NCBI RefSeq assembly: GCF_009914755.1
Contig: NC_060925.1
Origin: the human T2T-CHM13v2.0 reference genome, Homo sapiens
Reading direction: 5' to 3' (one strand)
DNA length: 64,000 bases
Part shown: positions 16,358 through 36,250 of the stretch, piece after piece
Layout of the letters: each line of letters opens with the position of its first letter
Position numbering within the stretch: position 1 is the first letter of the stretch
The notes under the pieces: model-generated
What the model was told of the DNA's origin: nothing
Databases searched by the model: none
What the model saw: the letters and a program-made list of their open reading frames with translations, nothing else
Translations under genes and position numbers: made by a program

Positions 16358-17371
16358 TATGGGCTCCAACACCCTTTAGAAGCCTATCTCTGTACTTTGA
16401 ACTCTAAGAGGTGCAAAGTGAGATTGAGGGGTAAGGAGGGATGAGGGGGAAGGAGTTCTGATGATCTGAGGCTGGAGGAGAAATAAGGACCAGAGCCGCC
16501 CTCAGGCCTTGGAGAGCAGCCTTCACCTCTGGAAATGATGCCGAAATATTTCAGCCTCTCTCTCCTGGGGTTTCCTGTTTCCTATTTGGTCTCTGGTTTC
16601 CAGGCAACACATGAATACCCCCAAACTCCTGAAGTGTATGGGTCTCCAAATGTCCTTCTTCCTCTAAAGCTCACATCTGTAATGAGTTTCCCATCTGCTC
16701 AGTCGCCCAGGGCAGCCCATCCATTCTGCTGTCTCCAGAGACAAAAGCAATCGAAGATGCTTGTGGTTTGAGGTGTGTGTGTGTTTCTACCCTCCCCCCA
16801 ACCCTGCCACTTTGTAGGTTTCTCCAGTTTAATGAGTCTTCCTGCAAAGTCGGTTTGGCTGAATTGCATTATTAGGGTGGGGAGCAGGCAGGAGATTTAG
16901 GGTTTGCTGATTTGATGCAGTAAAGAACTGAGTCTGGCAGGAGCCCAGCAATTTAGAAGAAAAGTGGGGGAATAAGCCCTAAACTTGACCCACTGGTGAG
17001 CTATTGGCTGGCTTTCTCTCTCTCTCAGGAGAGAGTGGAGGGGCTGTCTTCAGGAACTCTGGTGGGCTTCAGGGGACTTGAAACTTCCTTAGATTCATGA
17101 TAAACTGGATTCATGATTCACTCCCACCAGATTCAGAGAACCTGGTGGCAGTGAAGTATAAAATTGAAGGGGGCAAAATTATGGGGAATTGCACTAATTT
17201 TTGTGTTTAGTATAATTAATACATAGCAATTGCATTAATATTTGCATAATAATAGTACTTCAAGGCTTAGAACAACAGTCCATTGTCACTCTTATCCAGC
17301 TCTGAGCTCCAGTCTCAAGGGCAACCTATTTTTAGTTTTAACTATTGGTAAAAATTTACCTTGGAGAGGGG

Positions 17372-17738
17372 TGTATTAGTCTGTTTTCACGCTGCTGATA
17401 AGGACATACCTGAGACTGGGCAATTTACAAAAAAAAAAAAGAGGTTTAATGCACTCACAATTCCACGTGGCTAGGGAGGCCTCACAATCATGGCAGAAGG
17501 TAAAAGACACTTCTTACATGGCGGTGGCAAGAGAGAGAATGAGAGCCAAGTGAAAGCAGTTTCCCCTCATAAAACCATCAGATCTCATGAGACTTATTCA
17601 CTACCCTGAGAACAATATAGGAGAAATGGCCCCCAGGATTCAATTATCTTCCACCGGCTCCCTCCCACAACTTGTGGGAATTATGGGAGTATAATTCAAA
17701 ACGAGATTTGGGTGGGGACACAGAGCCGAACCATATCA
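17372..17738 (-). mobile_element. THE1B-like solo LTR
   Basis: TGTATTAGTCTG...AACCATATCA with perfect 5-bp TSD AGGGG. Confidence 0.93.
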
Positions 17739-18281
17739 AGGGGCAAAGCAAGGTGACTGAATAGAATCTCCCAGTAATTGTCCCTCTGCAGGAACATCAA
17801 ATTGAACAACTATCCACACAAAAAAGCACCTTCTGAAGAGCTACAGATGCACTGGAGAGGGTAGGAAGGACAATCTCACATTGCCTAAACCACCCCTACC
17901 CCAACCCCAGGCAGGACGGTAGGAGACAGAAACTGCCTGCTTGGGGAACAGAAAGGGAAGTGAGTGTGAAACTTTGAATTAGAACTTAGTGCCAGCCCCA
18001 CCACAATGGAACAAAGCTCCATGCAGAGCTCCTGCAGCCTGAAATTCCAGGCTGGGGCCCACAGAGGGAGAATTTATACCTAGCCCAGGGCAGAGGGGAA
18101 TCTACCGCCCAGGCAGGAGGAGCTAGAGTCCCTGTCCACTTGATCACCAGGAAACTAAAGTGGCATCAGGACCCAAATAAACTTCAGTGGCTGGCAAGCA
18201 GGCTTTAGAAACCATGGTCCTTGGATGAGACCCAGTAATGTGCTGGTCTGAGAGGCCATTGGCTGAAAAGTGACCCAGTAT

Positions 18282-19115
18282 TCAGAGGTAAAGCCAGCTG
18301 GACTTCCTGGGTCGAGTGGGGACTTGGAGAACTTTTCTGTCCAGCTAAAGGATTGTAAACACACCAATCAGCGCTCTGTGTCTAGCTAAAGGATTGTAAA
18401 TGCACCAATCAGCACTCTGTGTCTAGCTAAAGGATTGTAAATGCACCAATCAGCACTCTGTAAAAATGCACCAATCAGCACTCTGTCTAGCTAAAGGATT
18501 GTAAACACACCAATCAGCACTCTGTAGAAATGCACCAATCAGCACTCTGCGTCTAGCTAAAGGATTGTAAATGTACCAATCAGCACTCTGTAAAAACACA
18601 CCAATCAGCACTCTGTATAATGGACCAATCAGCAGGACGTGAGCGGGGCCAAATAAGGGAATAAAAGCTGGCCACCGGAGCCAGCAGTAGCAACACACTC
18701 AGGTCCCCTTCCACACTGTGGAAGCTTTGTTCTTTCACTCTTCACAATAAATCCTGCAGCATCACTCTTTGGGTCTGCACTACCTTTATGAGCTGTAACA
18801 CTCACCACGAGGGTCTGCAGCTTCATTCCTGAAGTCAGCGAGACCACAAACCCACCAGGAGGAAAAAACAACTCTGGACGCACCACCTTTAAGAGCTGTA
18901 ACACTCACTGCAAGGGTCTGTGGCTTCACTCCTGAAGTCAGTGAGACCACGAACCCACCGCAAGGAATAAACTCCAGACACATCTGAACATCTGAAGGAA
19001 AAAACTCCAGACACACCATCTTTAAGAACTGTAACACTCACTGCGAGGGTCCACGGCTTCATTCTTGAAGTCAGCGAGACCAAGAACCCACAAGAAGGGA
19101 TAAATTCCAGACACA
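18282..19115 (+). mobile_element. LTR12 (ERV9) solo LTR
   Basis: AAGCCAGCTGGACTTCCTGGGTCGAG start, CTAGCTAAAGGATTGTAAA.GCACCAATCAGC repeats, U5 GCTGTAACACTCAC repeats, 4-bp TSD GTAT. Confidence 0.93.
18340..18670 (+). promoter_or_regulatory. ERV9 U3 enhancer/promoter: nine CCAAT (NF-Y) boxes plus AATAAA TATA-like box
   Basis: nine ACCAATCAG copies counted at 18363-18633; GGGAATAAAAG about 18657-18668. Confidence 0.75.
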
Positions 19116-19954
19116 GTATGACATCAGTGGTGTCTGCCACAAAAGTACCCATGTCACCCCTCCCTCAGCTCCAGGCAGTGCAGTTCAGAGAGACTCCCTC
19201 TACTTGGGAAGAAAGAAGAGTACAGGAGACTTTGCCTGTGAATCTAGTGTCAGTTTTGCCACAGTAAAACAAAACACAGGGCTGAACCCCCACCTGGACA
19301 TACTTCTAGACTTGTCCTGGGACAGAAGGGAATCCATCACCATGGCAGGAAAAACCCAAGTCCCAGCCTGCTTCACCACCAGCTGACCAAAGTGACCTTG
19401 GCCTTTGAATAAATATCAGCAGTATTAAGGCAGTAGCAGCTGCAGGCATTGAGCTAGCCCTGGTACTGCACCGGTCAGGGAGACTATAGGCTTTGGTATG
19501 ACCTAGCATAGTGCCAGCTGCAGAGGCCATGGATATGTCCATGTCAGCCCTCCCCCACCAGGGAACTATCTCTGATTTTCCAGAACTACATCAGGGTTGG
19601 TGATCTTGGAGTCTGCAAGACTCATAGTGAAACTTGGCTTAGGGCCCTCTCTACTGCAAAATGGCTGCACTGACCACAGGTTTAGTGAACTCAACAGGTG
19701 GTCCCTTTTGAATTATTCGAAGGCTCCCTGAAGAACAGATACAAACAAGGCCAGACAGTGAAGACTGGAATAAGTATCTACTTCATCAATGCCCAGATAT
19801 TGATGAATGTATGCAAGCATCAGAAACATTCAGAAAATATGGTCTCACTAAATAGACTAAATAAGGCACCAGTAATGACCCTGGAGAGATGGAGATGTGT
19901 GACCTCTCAGCCAAGGAATTCAAAATAGCTGTTTTGAGGAAGTTCAGTCAACTT

Positions 19955-19956
<2 letters not shown>

Positions 19957-20002
<46 letters not shown>
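19957..20002. repeat. (CA)n microsatellite
   Basis: directly visible, inside L1 ORF1 relic. Confidence 0.97.
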
Positions 20003-20007
<5 letters not shown>

Positions 20008-20524
20008 TCAGAAATTTATCAGAGAAATTTAACAAAAAGACTGAAAATTTGAAAATAAATAGAAATCCTGGACCTGAAAAATATAATACGATAGATCAAG
20101 TAAAAAATGCATTTGACATCTTCAACAGAAGAATTGATCAAACAGAAGAAAGAATCAGGCTATTTGAAAATGCACAGAGGAGAAAAAGGAAAGACAAACA
20201 CGAGAATTAAAAAATAGCTTCAAAAGAGCAAATGTAAGAGTCGTTGGCCTTAAAGAGGGAGTAGAGACAGAAAAAGGGGTAGAAAGTTTATTCAAAGAAA
20301 TAATATCATGGAGTGGGGAGAAGAAAAAAAATAATATCAGAAAACTTTCCAAACCTAAAGAAAGTTATGAATATCCAGTTACGAGATGGTCAAAGAGCAC
20401 CAAGCAGATTGAACCCAAATAAGACTCAAGCCATATAAAAAATCAGACTCTCAAAGTTAAACAAGAAAAAGAGGATCCTAAAATGGCAAGAAAAAAGAAA
20501 CAAACAACATATAAAGAAGCTCCA

Positions 20525-20822
<298 letters not shown>

Positions 20823-21140
20823 GCTCCAATACATCTGTCTGACAGTGGACTTCCCAGTGGAAATCTTAGAGGCCAGGAAAGAGTGGGATGCCATATTCAA
20901 AGTGATGAAGAAAACAAAAATTACAAACTGAGAATACTGTATCCAGTAAAGCTATCTTTCAAACACAAAGGAGAGATAAAGACTTTGTCAGGCAAACAAA
21001 AGCTGAAGGAATTTATCACCACCAGACCTGTCTTACAAGATATGTGAAAAAAAGAGTTCTTCCATCTGAAATAAAAGGATGCTAATGTGCAAAAAGAAAG
21101 CATTTGAAGATATAAAACTCACTGGTAAAACTATGTACAT

Positions 21141-21451
<311 letters not shown>

Positions 21452-21813
21452 TCAGAATAATATAGTAATTGTAGTACGTAAGCTACTTGTGTCTTTAGTA
21501 TGAACACTAAAAGACACACCTATCAAAATTAATAACTACAATTTGTTAAGAGAGAAACAATATAAAAATATTTAAATTGACAACAAATAATCAAAATGCA
21601 GAGGGGGATGGAGGTAAGTATCTTTTTCCTCTGTCTCTTTTTTTGCAATCAAAATTAAGATGTCATCTTAATAATTTATTATAGCTAAAGATAAGCCTTT
21701 AAAATAATTTACTACAGCTAAAGCTAAGTCTCATGGTAACTACAAAGCAAAAACCCGTAATAGATACACTGAAAAAACAAGGAATTAAAATATACTACCA
21801 AAGAAAATCGCTT

Positions 21814-22170
<357 letters not shown>

Positions 22171-23438
22171 TTATAAAGAACCAGGAAACAGGTAACAAAA
22201 TGGTAGTAGCAAATCCTTACCTGTCAATAACAACATTGAAGGCAAATGGACTTAATTATCCAATTAGAAGACACAGAGTGACTGCATAGGTTTTAAAAAA
22301 AAAAAAAAAAAAAAAGTCCCAACTATATGTTGCCTACAGGAAACTCCCTTCACCTGAAAAGCCACACATAGGTTGAAAGCAAAGGGATGGAAAAAGGTAT
22401 TCTACATAAATGGAAACCAAAAACAAGCAGGAATAGCCATACTTTTATCAGATAAAACAAGCTTCAAGTCAAAAGCTCTAAAAGGAAACAAAGAGAGAGA
22501 AGATCATTATACAATGATAAAAGGATCAATTCAGCAAGAGGAAGTAACAACTGTAAATACATATGTACCCAACACTGAAGCACCCAGATATATAAAATAA
22601 TATTAGAGCTCAAGCGAGAGATAGACCCCAATATAATGATAATTGGTAACATTAACACTCCACTTTCAGCACTGGATAACATCTAGACAGAAAATAAATA
22701 AAGAAGCATCAGGCTTAATCTGCACTATAGACCAAGTGGACCTAACAGAAAGTTACAGAAAATTTCATCGAATAGCTACAGAATACACATTCTTTTCATC
22801 AGCACCTGGAACATTCTCCAGTATATACCATATGTTAAACCACAAAACAAGCCTCAACAAATTTTTCAAGGTCAAAATCATATCAAGTATCTTCTTAAGC
22901 CACAGTAGAATAAAACTAGAAATCACTAACAAGAACAACTTTGGAAACCATGCAAATACATGAAAATTAAACAACATGCTCCTAAACAACTACTGAGTCA
23001 AAGAAGAAATTAAAAAGGAAATAGAAACATTTCTTGAAACAAATGAAAAATGGAAATACAACATACTAAAACTTATGGGATATAGCAAAAACAGTACTCA
23101 GAGGGAAATTTATAGCAATAAACACCTACATCCAAAAAAGTAGAAAACTTTCAAATAACGAACCTAATGATGCACCTCGAGGAACTAGAAAAGCAAGAAT
23201 AAACCAACCCCAAAGTTAGTAGAAGAAAGGAAATAATAAAAATCAGAACAGAACTAAATGAAATAGACACTAAAAAATTACAAAGAATCAAAAAACCAAA
23301 AAGTTGGTTATTTGAAAATATAAACAAAATCAATAAATTACTAGCTAAACTAACCAAGAAAAAAAGAAGTCCCAAATAAATAAAATTAGAAATGATAAAG
23401 GAGACATTACAACTGATATCACAGAAATACAAACGATC

Positions 23439-23759
<321 letters not shown>

Positions 23760-23973
23760 CTATTATGAAAAATTATATGCTAACAAATTAGAAAACCTAG
23801 AGGACATGGATAAATTCCTAGACACATATAACCTACCAAAATTGAACCAGGAAGAAATAGACCTGAAAAGACCAATAACAAGTAATGAGATTGAATCAGT
23901 AATAAAAAGTTTCCCAGCAAAAAAACCCAGGACCAGATAGCTTTATTGCAAAATTCTACCAATTTTTATTAAA

Positions 23974-24257
23974 TTTTTTTAGAAACATGATCTCACTCTG
24001 TCACTCAGTCTGGAGTACAGTCGTGTGATCATAGCTCACTGCAGCCTCAAACTCAGGCTCAAGTGATTCTCCCACATCAGCCTCCTGAGTCACTAGGACT
24101 ATAGGTGCATACCATAATGCCCAGCTAATTATTTTTTTGTAGACACAGGGTCTTGTTATGTTGCCCAGGCTGGTCTCCAGCTCCTGGCCTCAAGCAACCC
24201 TCCCACCTCAACCTCCCAAAATGCTGGGACTACAGATCTGAGCCACTGCACTCAGCC
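23974..24257 (-). mobile_element. AluJ
   Basis: diverged dimer; TSD core TACCAAT. Confidence 0.9.
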
Positions 24258-26143
24258 TACCAATCATTTTAAAAAGATTTAACACCAATTCTTCTCAAGT
24301 TATTCCAAAAAGTGAAGAGGAGGGAATTCTTCCTAACTCATGCTATGAGACCAGCATTGCCCTGATACCAAAACCAGACAAGACTACAACAACAAAAGAA
24401 AACTTCAGGCCACCATTCTTTATGAACATAAATTCAAACTTTTTAACAAATTACTGCCAAATCAAGTTCAACAGCACATCAAAAAGATAATACACATGAT
24501 GAAGTGGGATTTATCCCAAGGATGCAAGGATGTTTCAACATACACAAAGCAATAAATGTGATGTATCACATTAACAGAATGAAGGATAAAAACCATATAA
24601 TCATCTCAATAGACACAGAAATAGCATGTAATAAAATTTAACACTCCTTCATGATAAAATTCTCAACAGATTAGGCACAGAAGGAACACACTTCAACATA
24701 ATAAAGGCTATATATGACAAACCCACAACTAACATCATACTAAATAGGGAAAGGTTGAAACCCCTTCCTCTAAAAACTGGAACAAGACAAGGATGTCCAT
24801 TTTCACCATCCCTATTTAACATAGTATTGGGAGTCTTAGCCAGAGCAACTAGGAAGAAAAAGAAAGGACATCCAAATTTGGAAAGAGAAAATCAAATTGT
24901 CCCTTATTGCAGATGACATAACCTTATATATAGAAAAGCCTAGACTCCACCAAAAACTGTTACGACTAATAAACAAATTCAGTAAAGTTGCGGGATACAA
25001 AATAAACATATAAAAATCAGTAGTGTTTCTATACAGCAATAATAAATGAACTGAAAAAGCAAGAAATGAACCCCATTTACAATAGCTAAAAAAAAAAAGG
25101 AATAAACTTAACCAAGGATGCAAAAGACCTTCACAATGAAAACTAGAGAACACTGATAAAAGAAACTGAAGAAGACACAAACAAATGAAAATACATCCCA
25201 TGCTCATGGATTGGAAAAATTAATATTATCAAAATGACTAAAGCAATTTACAGGTTCAATGTAATCTCTATCAACATACCAGACATTCTTCATGGGAATA
25301 GAAAAACAATCCTAAAATACATATGGAACCACAAAAGACCTCAAATAGCTAAAGCAATATATATAGAAAAAAAATAGCAGGAGGCATCATACTACCTGAC
25401 TTCAAAATACACGACAAAGCTATAGAGGTATAGTAACCAAAACAGCATAGTATTGGTATAAAAACAGACACATAGAACAATGGAACAGAATAGAGAATCC
25501 AGAAATCCACATATTTAAAGCCAACTAATTTTTGACAAAGGCACCAAGAACATACATTGGGAAAAGGACACCTTCTTCAATAAATGGTGCTGGGAAATAT
25601 TGAAGAAGGACACCTTCTTCAAAAAACGGTGCTGGGACATATATGCAGAAGAATGAAACTAGACCCTTATTCTCACCATATACAAAAATCAACCCAAAAT
25701 GGATTAAAGACTGAAAAGTAAGACCCAAAACTATAAAAACGCTAGAAGAAAACATAAGGAAAATGTGCTTCAGCCCATTGGTCTAAGCAAAGATTTTATG
25801 TCTAAGGCTTCAAAAGCACAGCTAAAGAAAATAGATAAATGAGACTATATTAAACTAAAAACCTTCTCCCCAGCAAAGGAAACAATCAAGAGAGTGAAGA
25901 GACAACCTACAGAATGGGAGAAAATATGTGCAAGCTACTCATTTCGCAAGGGATAACATCTAGAATATACCAGGAACTCAACACTAAAAAAAAAAAAAAA
26001 CCACTAAAAAGTGGAGAAAGAATCTAGAATTATAGACATTCCTCAAAAGAAAATATACAAATGACCAAAGAATATGTATTGAATAGCAGGAGGCATCATA
26101 CTACTGATGAATACTATTGAATATGAAAAAAATGCTCAATATC

Positions 26144-26421
26144 GACCAGGTGCAGTGGCTCACACCTGTAATCCCACCACTTTGGGAGGCCAAGGGGGGC
26201 AGATCACCTGAGGTCAGGAGTTCGTGACCAGCCTGACCAACATGGTGAGACCCCATCTCTACTAAAAATACAAAAATTAGCCAGACATGGCGGTGCACAC
26301 CTGTAATCCTAGCTACTCGGGAGGCTGAGGTGGGAGGATTGCTTGAACCTGGGAGGCAGAGGTTGCAGTGAGCAGAGATCATGCCTCTGCCTAGGTGACA
26401 GAGTGGGACTCCGCCTCAAAA
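26144..26421 (+). mobile_element. AluS
   Basis: dimer with a small 3' deletion. Confidence 0.93.
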
Positions 26422-26494
26422 ACACACTCTATCACTGATCATCAAGGAAATGCAAACCACAATTAGATATCATCTCACCCCAGTTAGAATGCTA

Positions 26495-26920
26495 CAATAT
26501 GGTTTGGATATTTGTCCCCTCCAAATCTCATGTTGAAATGTGATCCCCAGTGTTGGAGTAGGGCCTGGTGGCAGGTGTTTGGATCATGGGGGAATATGCC
26601 TCATGAATGGCTTAGTGTCATCCCCATGGTGATGAGTGAGTTCTTGCTCTGAGTTCATGCAAGATCTAGTTGTTTAAAAGTGTGTGGTACCTCCTCCCTC
26701 TCTCACTTGCTCCTGCTCTCACCTTGTGATACAGGTGTTTTGTCTTCACCTTCCACCATGATTTTAAGCTTCCTGAGGCCCTCACCAGGAGCAGATGCCA
26801 GCGCCATGCTTCCTGTACAGCCTGCAGATCTGTAAGCCAATTAAACCTCTTTTCTTTATAAATTACCCAGCTAGCAATACAAATTACTGGCATTATAGCA
26901 ATGCAAAATGGCCTAATACC
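26495..26920 (+). mobile_element. MST-family (MaLR) solo LTR
   Basis: ATGGTTTGGATATTTGTCCCCTCCAAATCTCATGTTGAAATG...GCAAAATGGCCTAATAC. Confidence 0.88.
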
Positions 26921-27697
26921 AGCTCTTATCAAAAGGGCAAAAATTAACAAATGCTGATGAGAATGCAGAGAAAAGGGAGCTCATACACTGTTGATGGGAA
27001 TATGAGGTAGGGCAGCCATTACAGAACACAGTATGGAGGTTTCTGAAAAAACTATAAACAGAACCACCTTATGATTCATTCAGCGGTCCCGCTACTGGGT
27101 ATTTATCCAAAGGAAAGGAAATCAGTATGTCAAAGCGGTACCTGCACCCCTATGTTTATTACAGCGCTATTCACAATAGTGATGATATGAAACCATCCTA
27201 AATGTCCATCGGTGGATGAACAGATAAAGAAAATGTGGCTTATATACACAATGAAATACTATTTGGCCATAAAAAGTAAAATCCTGTCATTTTTAGCAAC
27301 AAGGATGGAACTGGAGGACATTCTGTTAAGTGAAATAAGCCAGGAACAGAAAAACAAGTATCACATGTTCTCACTCATATGTGAGAGCTAAGAACACTGA
27401 TCTCATGGAGGTAGAGAGTAGAATGACAATTACCAGAGACTGGGAAGGGTGGGGAGATAAAGAGATGTTGGCTAATGGGTGCAAACATACAGTTACATAG
27501 AAAAACTAAGTTCTAGTGTTTAATAGCACACTGGGGTGAATACAGTTAACAATAATTTATTGTAAATTTCAAAACAACTAAAAGAAAATATTTGAAATAT
27601 TCCCAACACAAGGAAATGACATATGTTTGAGGTGGTAGATATTCCAATTACCTTGACTTGATTGTTCATTACACCTCGTATTCGTGTATCAAAATAG

Positions 27698-28063
<366 letters not shown>

Positions 28064-28119
28064 TAAAGGCTCTGATCTATTTTTCATTGCAGACTTTTTT
28101 TTATTGACTTCCACCATAA

Positions 28120-28436
<317 letters not shown>

Positions 28437-28680
28437 GTTGGGATTTATCTCTTACAACAACCTCCCCTCTCTCCCACACACATAGACACACTTCCACTCT
28501 TCCATCTCACAGTAAGTTGTATGGCAATATATAAAAATCAAGATTCAGTATTTGTATTATTGCTAAGTAAACACTGTTCCTAGCTGAGTCTTGTGATGTC
28601 AGATTACATTTTCTTTCCTATACAGAGTCTTCACGTCTACCCTACCCCCACATTCAGAATTGCCTTTTTTTTCCATTGTT

Positions 28681-29680
<1,000 letters not shown>

Positions 29681-30074
29681 AATTGCCTTTTTTGTTTGCT
29701 TTCTTTTCTATGTACCCATCACTCATTTTTCTCAGAACTGCCCCCTCACCCCTCCGTGTAATTAGATGGCCAGGTAATGGGCCACTTTTTTCCTCTGAGA
29801 TATCCCTCCCCCAGCCACAGCCTCCTGCTCTTATCTGGCTCTGAGAGCTCAGAGCTGCCATCTCAGAACTTCCCTTTGATCTTATTCTGGAGATTTTCAT
29901 CCCTCTCCTGAGCTGCTTTTCTCCCCATCTTTCTCTTTCTTTGTTCACCCCTGCATTTTGGTGGAGCTCCTGTTCCAGTAGTTTCCTGGGAAAAGGGTTG
30001 GGGGGTTGGAAATCGTTTTAAAGTCTTACATTCTGAAAAGGCCTTTAGTCTGTCTTTATAAGATTTCAAGTTTA

Positions 30075-30190
30075 GGCCAGGCTCAGTAGCTCATGCCTGT
30101 AATCCCAACACTTTGGGAGGCTGAGGCAGGAGAATCACTTGAGGCCAGGAGTTTGAGACCAGCCTAAACAACATAGTGAGACCCTGTCTC

Positions 30191-30241
<51 letters not shown>
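30075..30241 (+). mobile_element. Alu monomer with (AAT)17 tail
   Basis: left monomer then AAT repeat; TSD AGATTTC(C)AAGTTT. Confidence 0.9.
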
Positions 30242-30244
<3 letters not shown>

Positions 30245-30890
30245 ATTTCCAAGTTTGGCTGGGGATTGAATTGGAGAAAGACATGTCCTGTAATTTTGAA
30301 GGTCTTCTACCTGCCAATGCTGCAGGTGAGAAACCTCATCCCATTCCCATTACTGATCTTAATATGTGACTTCTTTTCTCTACACCACCGGCTACTGGGA
30401 TTCTCTCTTTATTCTTGATACTCTGACAATTCAAGATTCGGTGCCTTGGTGAGGGTCTGTTTTCATCGTTCTTGTTGGGTATTCTGTGGGTCCTTCGAAC
30501 TGTTGATTTATGGCCTCAGTGCTGAAAATGTTTTTTATAGTAGTTTATTGATAACCTCTCCTCAGTTTTCTCTGGTCTTTCCCACTGAAACGTCTTCAGT
30601 ATGATATTTGACCTTTCTTATTTTCCATCTCTTTTTGTTCGACTTCTTTGGAGAGTTCCATGAATTTTTTTTTTAACTTATTATTATTATACTTTAAGTT
30701 TTAGGGTACATGTGCACAATGTGCAGGTTAGTTACATATGTATACATGTGCCATGCTTGTGCGCTGCACCCACTAACTCATCATCTAGCATTAGGTATAT
30801 CTCCCAGTGCTATCCCTCCCCCCTCCCCCCACCCCACAACAGTCCCCAGAGTGTGATGTTCCCCTTCCTGTGTCCACATGTTCTCATTGT

Positions 30891-34743
<3,853 letters not shown>

Positions 34744-34779
34744 TTAGTTGCTGCAGTTTCTTCATAGCCTTGATGGTCT

Positions 34780-35795
34780 TTACATTTTGGCATGATTTTG
34801 CAGCATCTGGTACCGGTTGTTCCTTTCCATGTTTAGCGCTTCCTTCAGGAGCTCTTTTAGGGCAGGCCTGGTGGTGACAAAATCTCTCAGCATTTGCTTG
34901 TCTGTAAAGGATTTTATTTCTCCTTCACTTATGAAGCTTAGTTTGGCTAGATATTAAATTCTGGGTTAAAAATTCTTTTCTTTAAGAATGTTGAATATTG
35001 GCCCCCACTCTCTTCTGGCTTGTAGAGTTTCTGCCGAGAGATCCGCTGTTAGTCTGATGGGCTTCCCTTTGAGGGTAACCCGACCTCTCTCTCTGGCTGC
35101 CCTTAACATTTTTTCCATCATTTCAACTTTGGTGAATCTGACAATTATGTGTCTTGGAGTTGCTCTTCTTGAGGAGTATCTTTGTGGTGTTCTCTGTATT
35201 TCCTGAATCTAAATGTTGGCCTGCCTTGCTAGATTAGGGAAGTTCTCCTGGATAATATCCTGCAGAGTGTTTTCCAACTTGGTTCCATTCTCCCCGTCAC
35301 TTTCAGGTACACCAATCAGATGTAGATTTGGTCTTTTCACATAGTCCCATATTTCTTGGAGGATTTGTTCGTTTCTTTTTATTCTTTTTTCTCTAAACAC
35401 TCCTTCTCACTTCATTTCATTCATTTCATCTTCCATCGCTGATACCCTTTCTTCCAGTTGATCGCATCGGCTCCTGAGGCTTCTGCATTCTTCATGTAGT
35501 TCTCAAGCCTTGGTTTTCAGCTCCATCAGCTCCTTTAAGCACTTCTCTATATTGGTTATTCTAGTTATACATTCTTCTAAATTTTTTTCAAAGTTTTCAA
35601 CTTCTTTGCCTTTGGTTTGAATTTCCTCCTGTAGCTCAGAGTAATTTGATCATCTGAAGCCTTCTTCTCTCAACTCGTCAAAGTCATTCTCCGTCCAGCT
35701 TTGTTCCATTGCTGGTGAGGAACTGCATTCCTTTGGAGGAGGAGAGGCGCTCTGCTTTTTAGAGTTTCCAGTTTTCTGCTCTGTTTTTTCCCCAT
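34780..35795 (-). pseudogene. L1 ORF1p, disrupted
   Basis: ATG at 35795; ORF track shows only the fragment REKRIKRNEQILQEIWDYVKRPNL. Confidence 0.9.
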
Positions 35796-36250
35796 CTTTG
35801 TGGTTTTATCTACTTTTGGTCTTTGATGATAGTGATGTACAGATGGGTTTTTGGTGTGGATGTCCTTTCTGTTTGTTAGTTTTCCTTCTAAAAGACAGGA
35901 CCCTCAGCTGCAGGTCTGTTGGAGTACCCAGCCATGTGAGGTGTCAGTGTGCCCCTGCTAGGGGGTGCCTCCCAGTTAGGCTGCTCGGGGGTCAGGGGTC
36001 AGGGACCCACTTGAGGAGGCAGTCTGCCCGTTCTCAGATCTCCAGCTGCGTGCTGGGAGAACCACTGCTCTCTTCAAAGCTGTCAGACAGGGACATTTAA
36101 GTCTGCAGAGATTACTGCTGTCTTTTTGTTTGTCTGTGTCCTGCCCCCAGAGGTGGAGCCTACAGAGGCAGGCAGGCCTCCTTGAGCTGTGGTGGGCTCC
36201 AACCAGTTCGAGCTTCCCAGCTGCTTTGTTTACCTAAGCAAGCCTGGGCA

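Noticed and set aside
18340-19060. Regular repeat array resembling a CRISPR array
   Set aside because: These are the known U3 and U5 tandem repeats of an ERV9 LTR12; no unique spacers, no cas genes, mammalian context
30176-30418. Poly-asparagine ORF
   Set aside because: Translation of the (AAT)n tail of an Alu monomer
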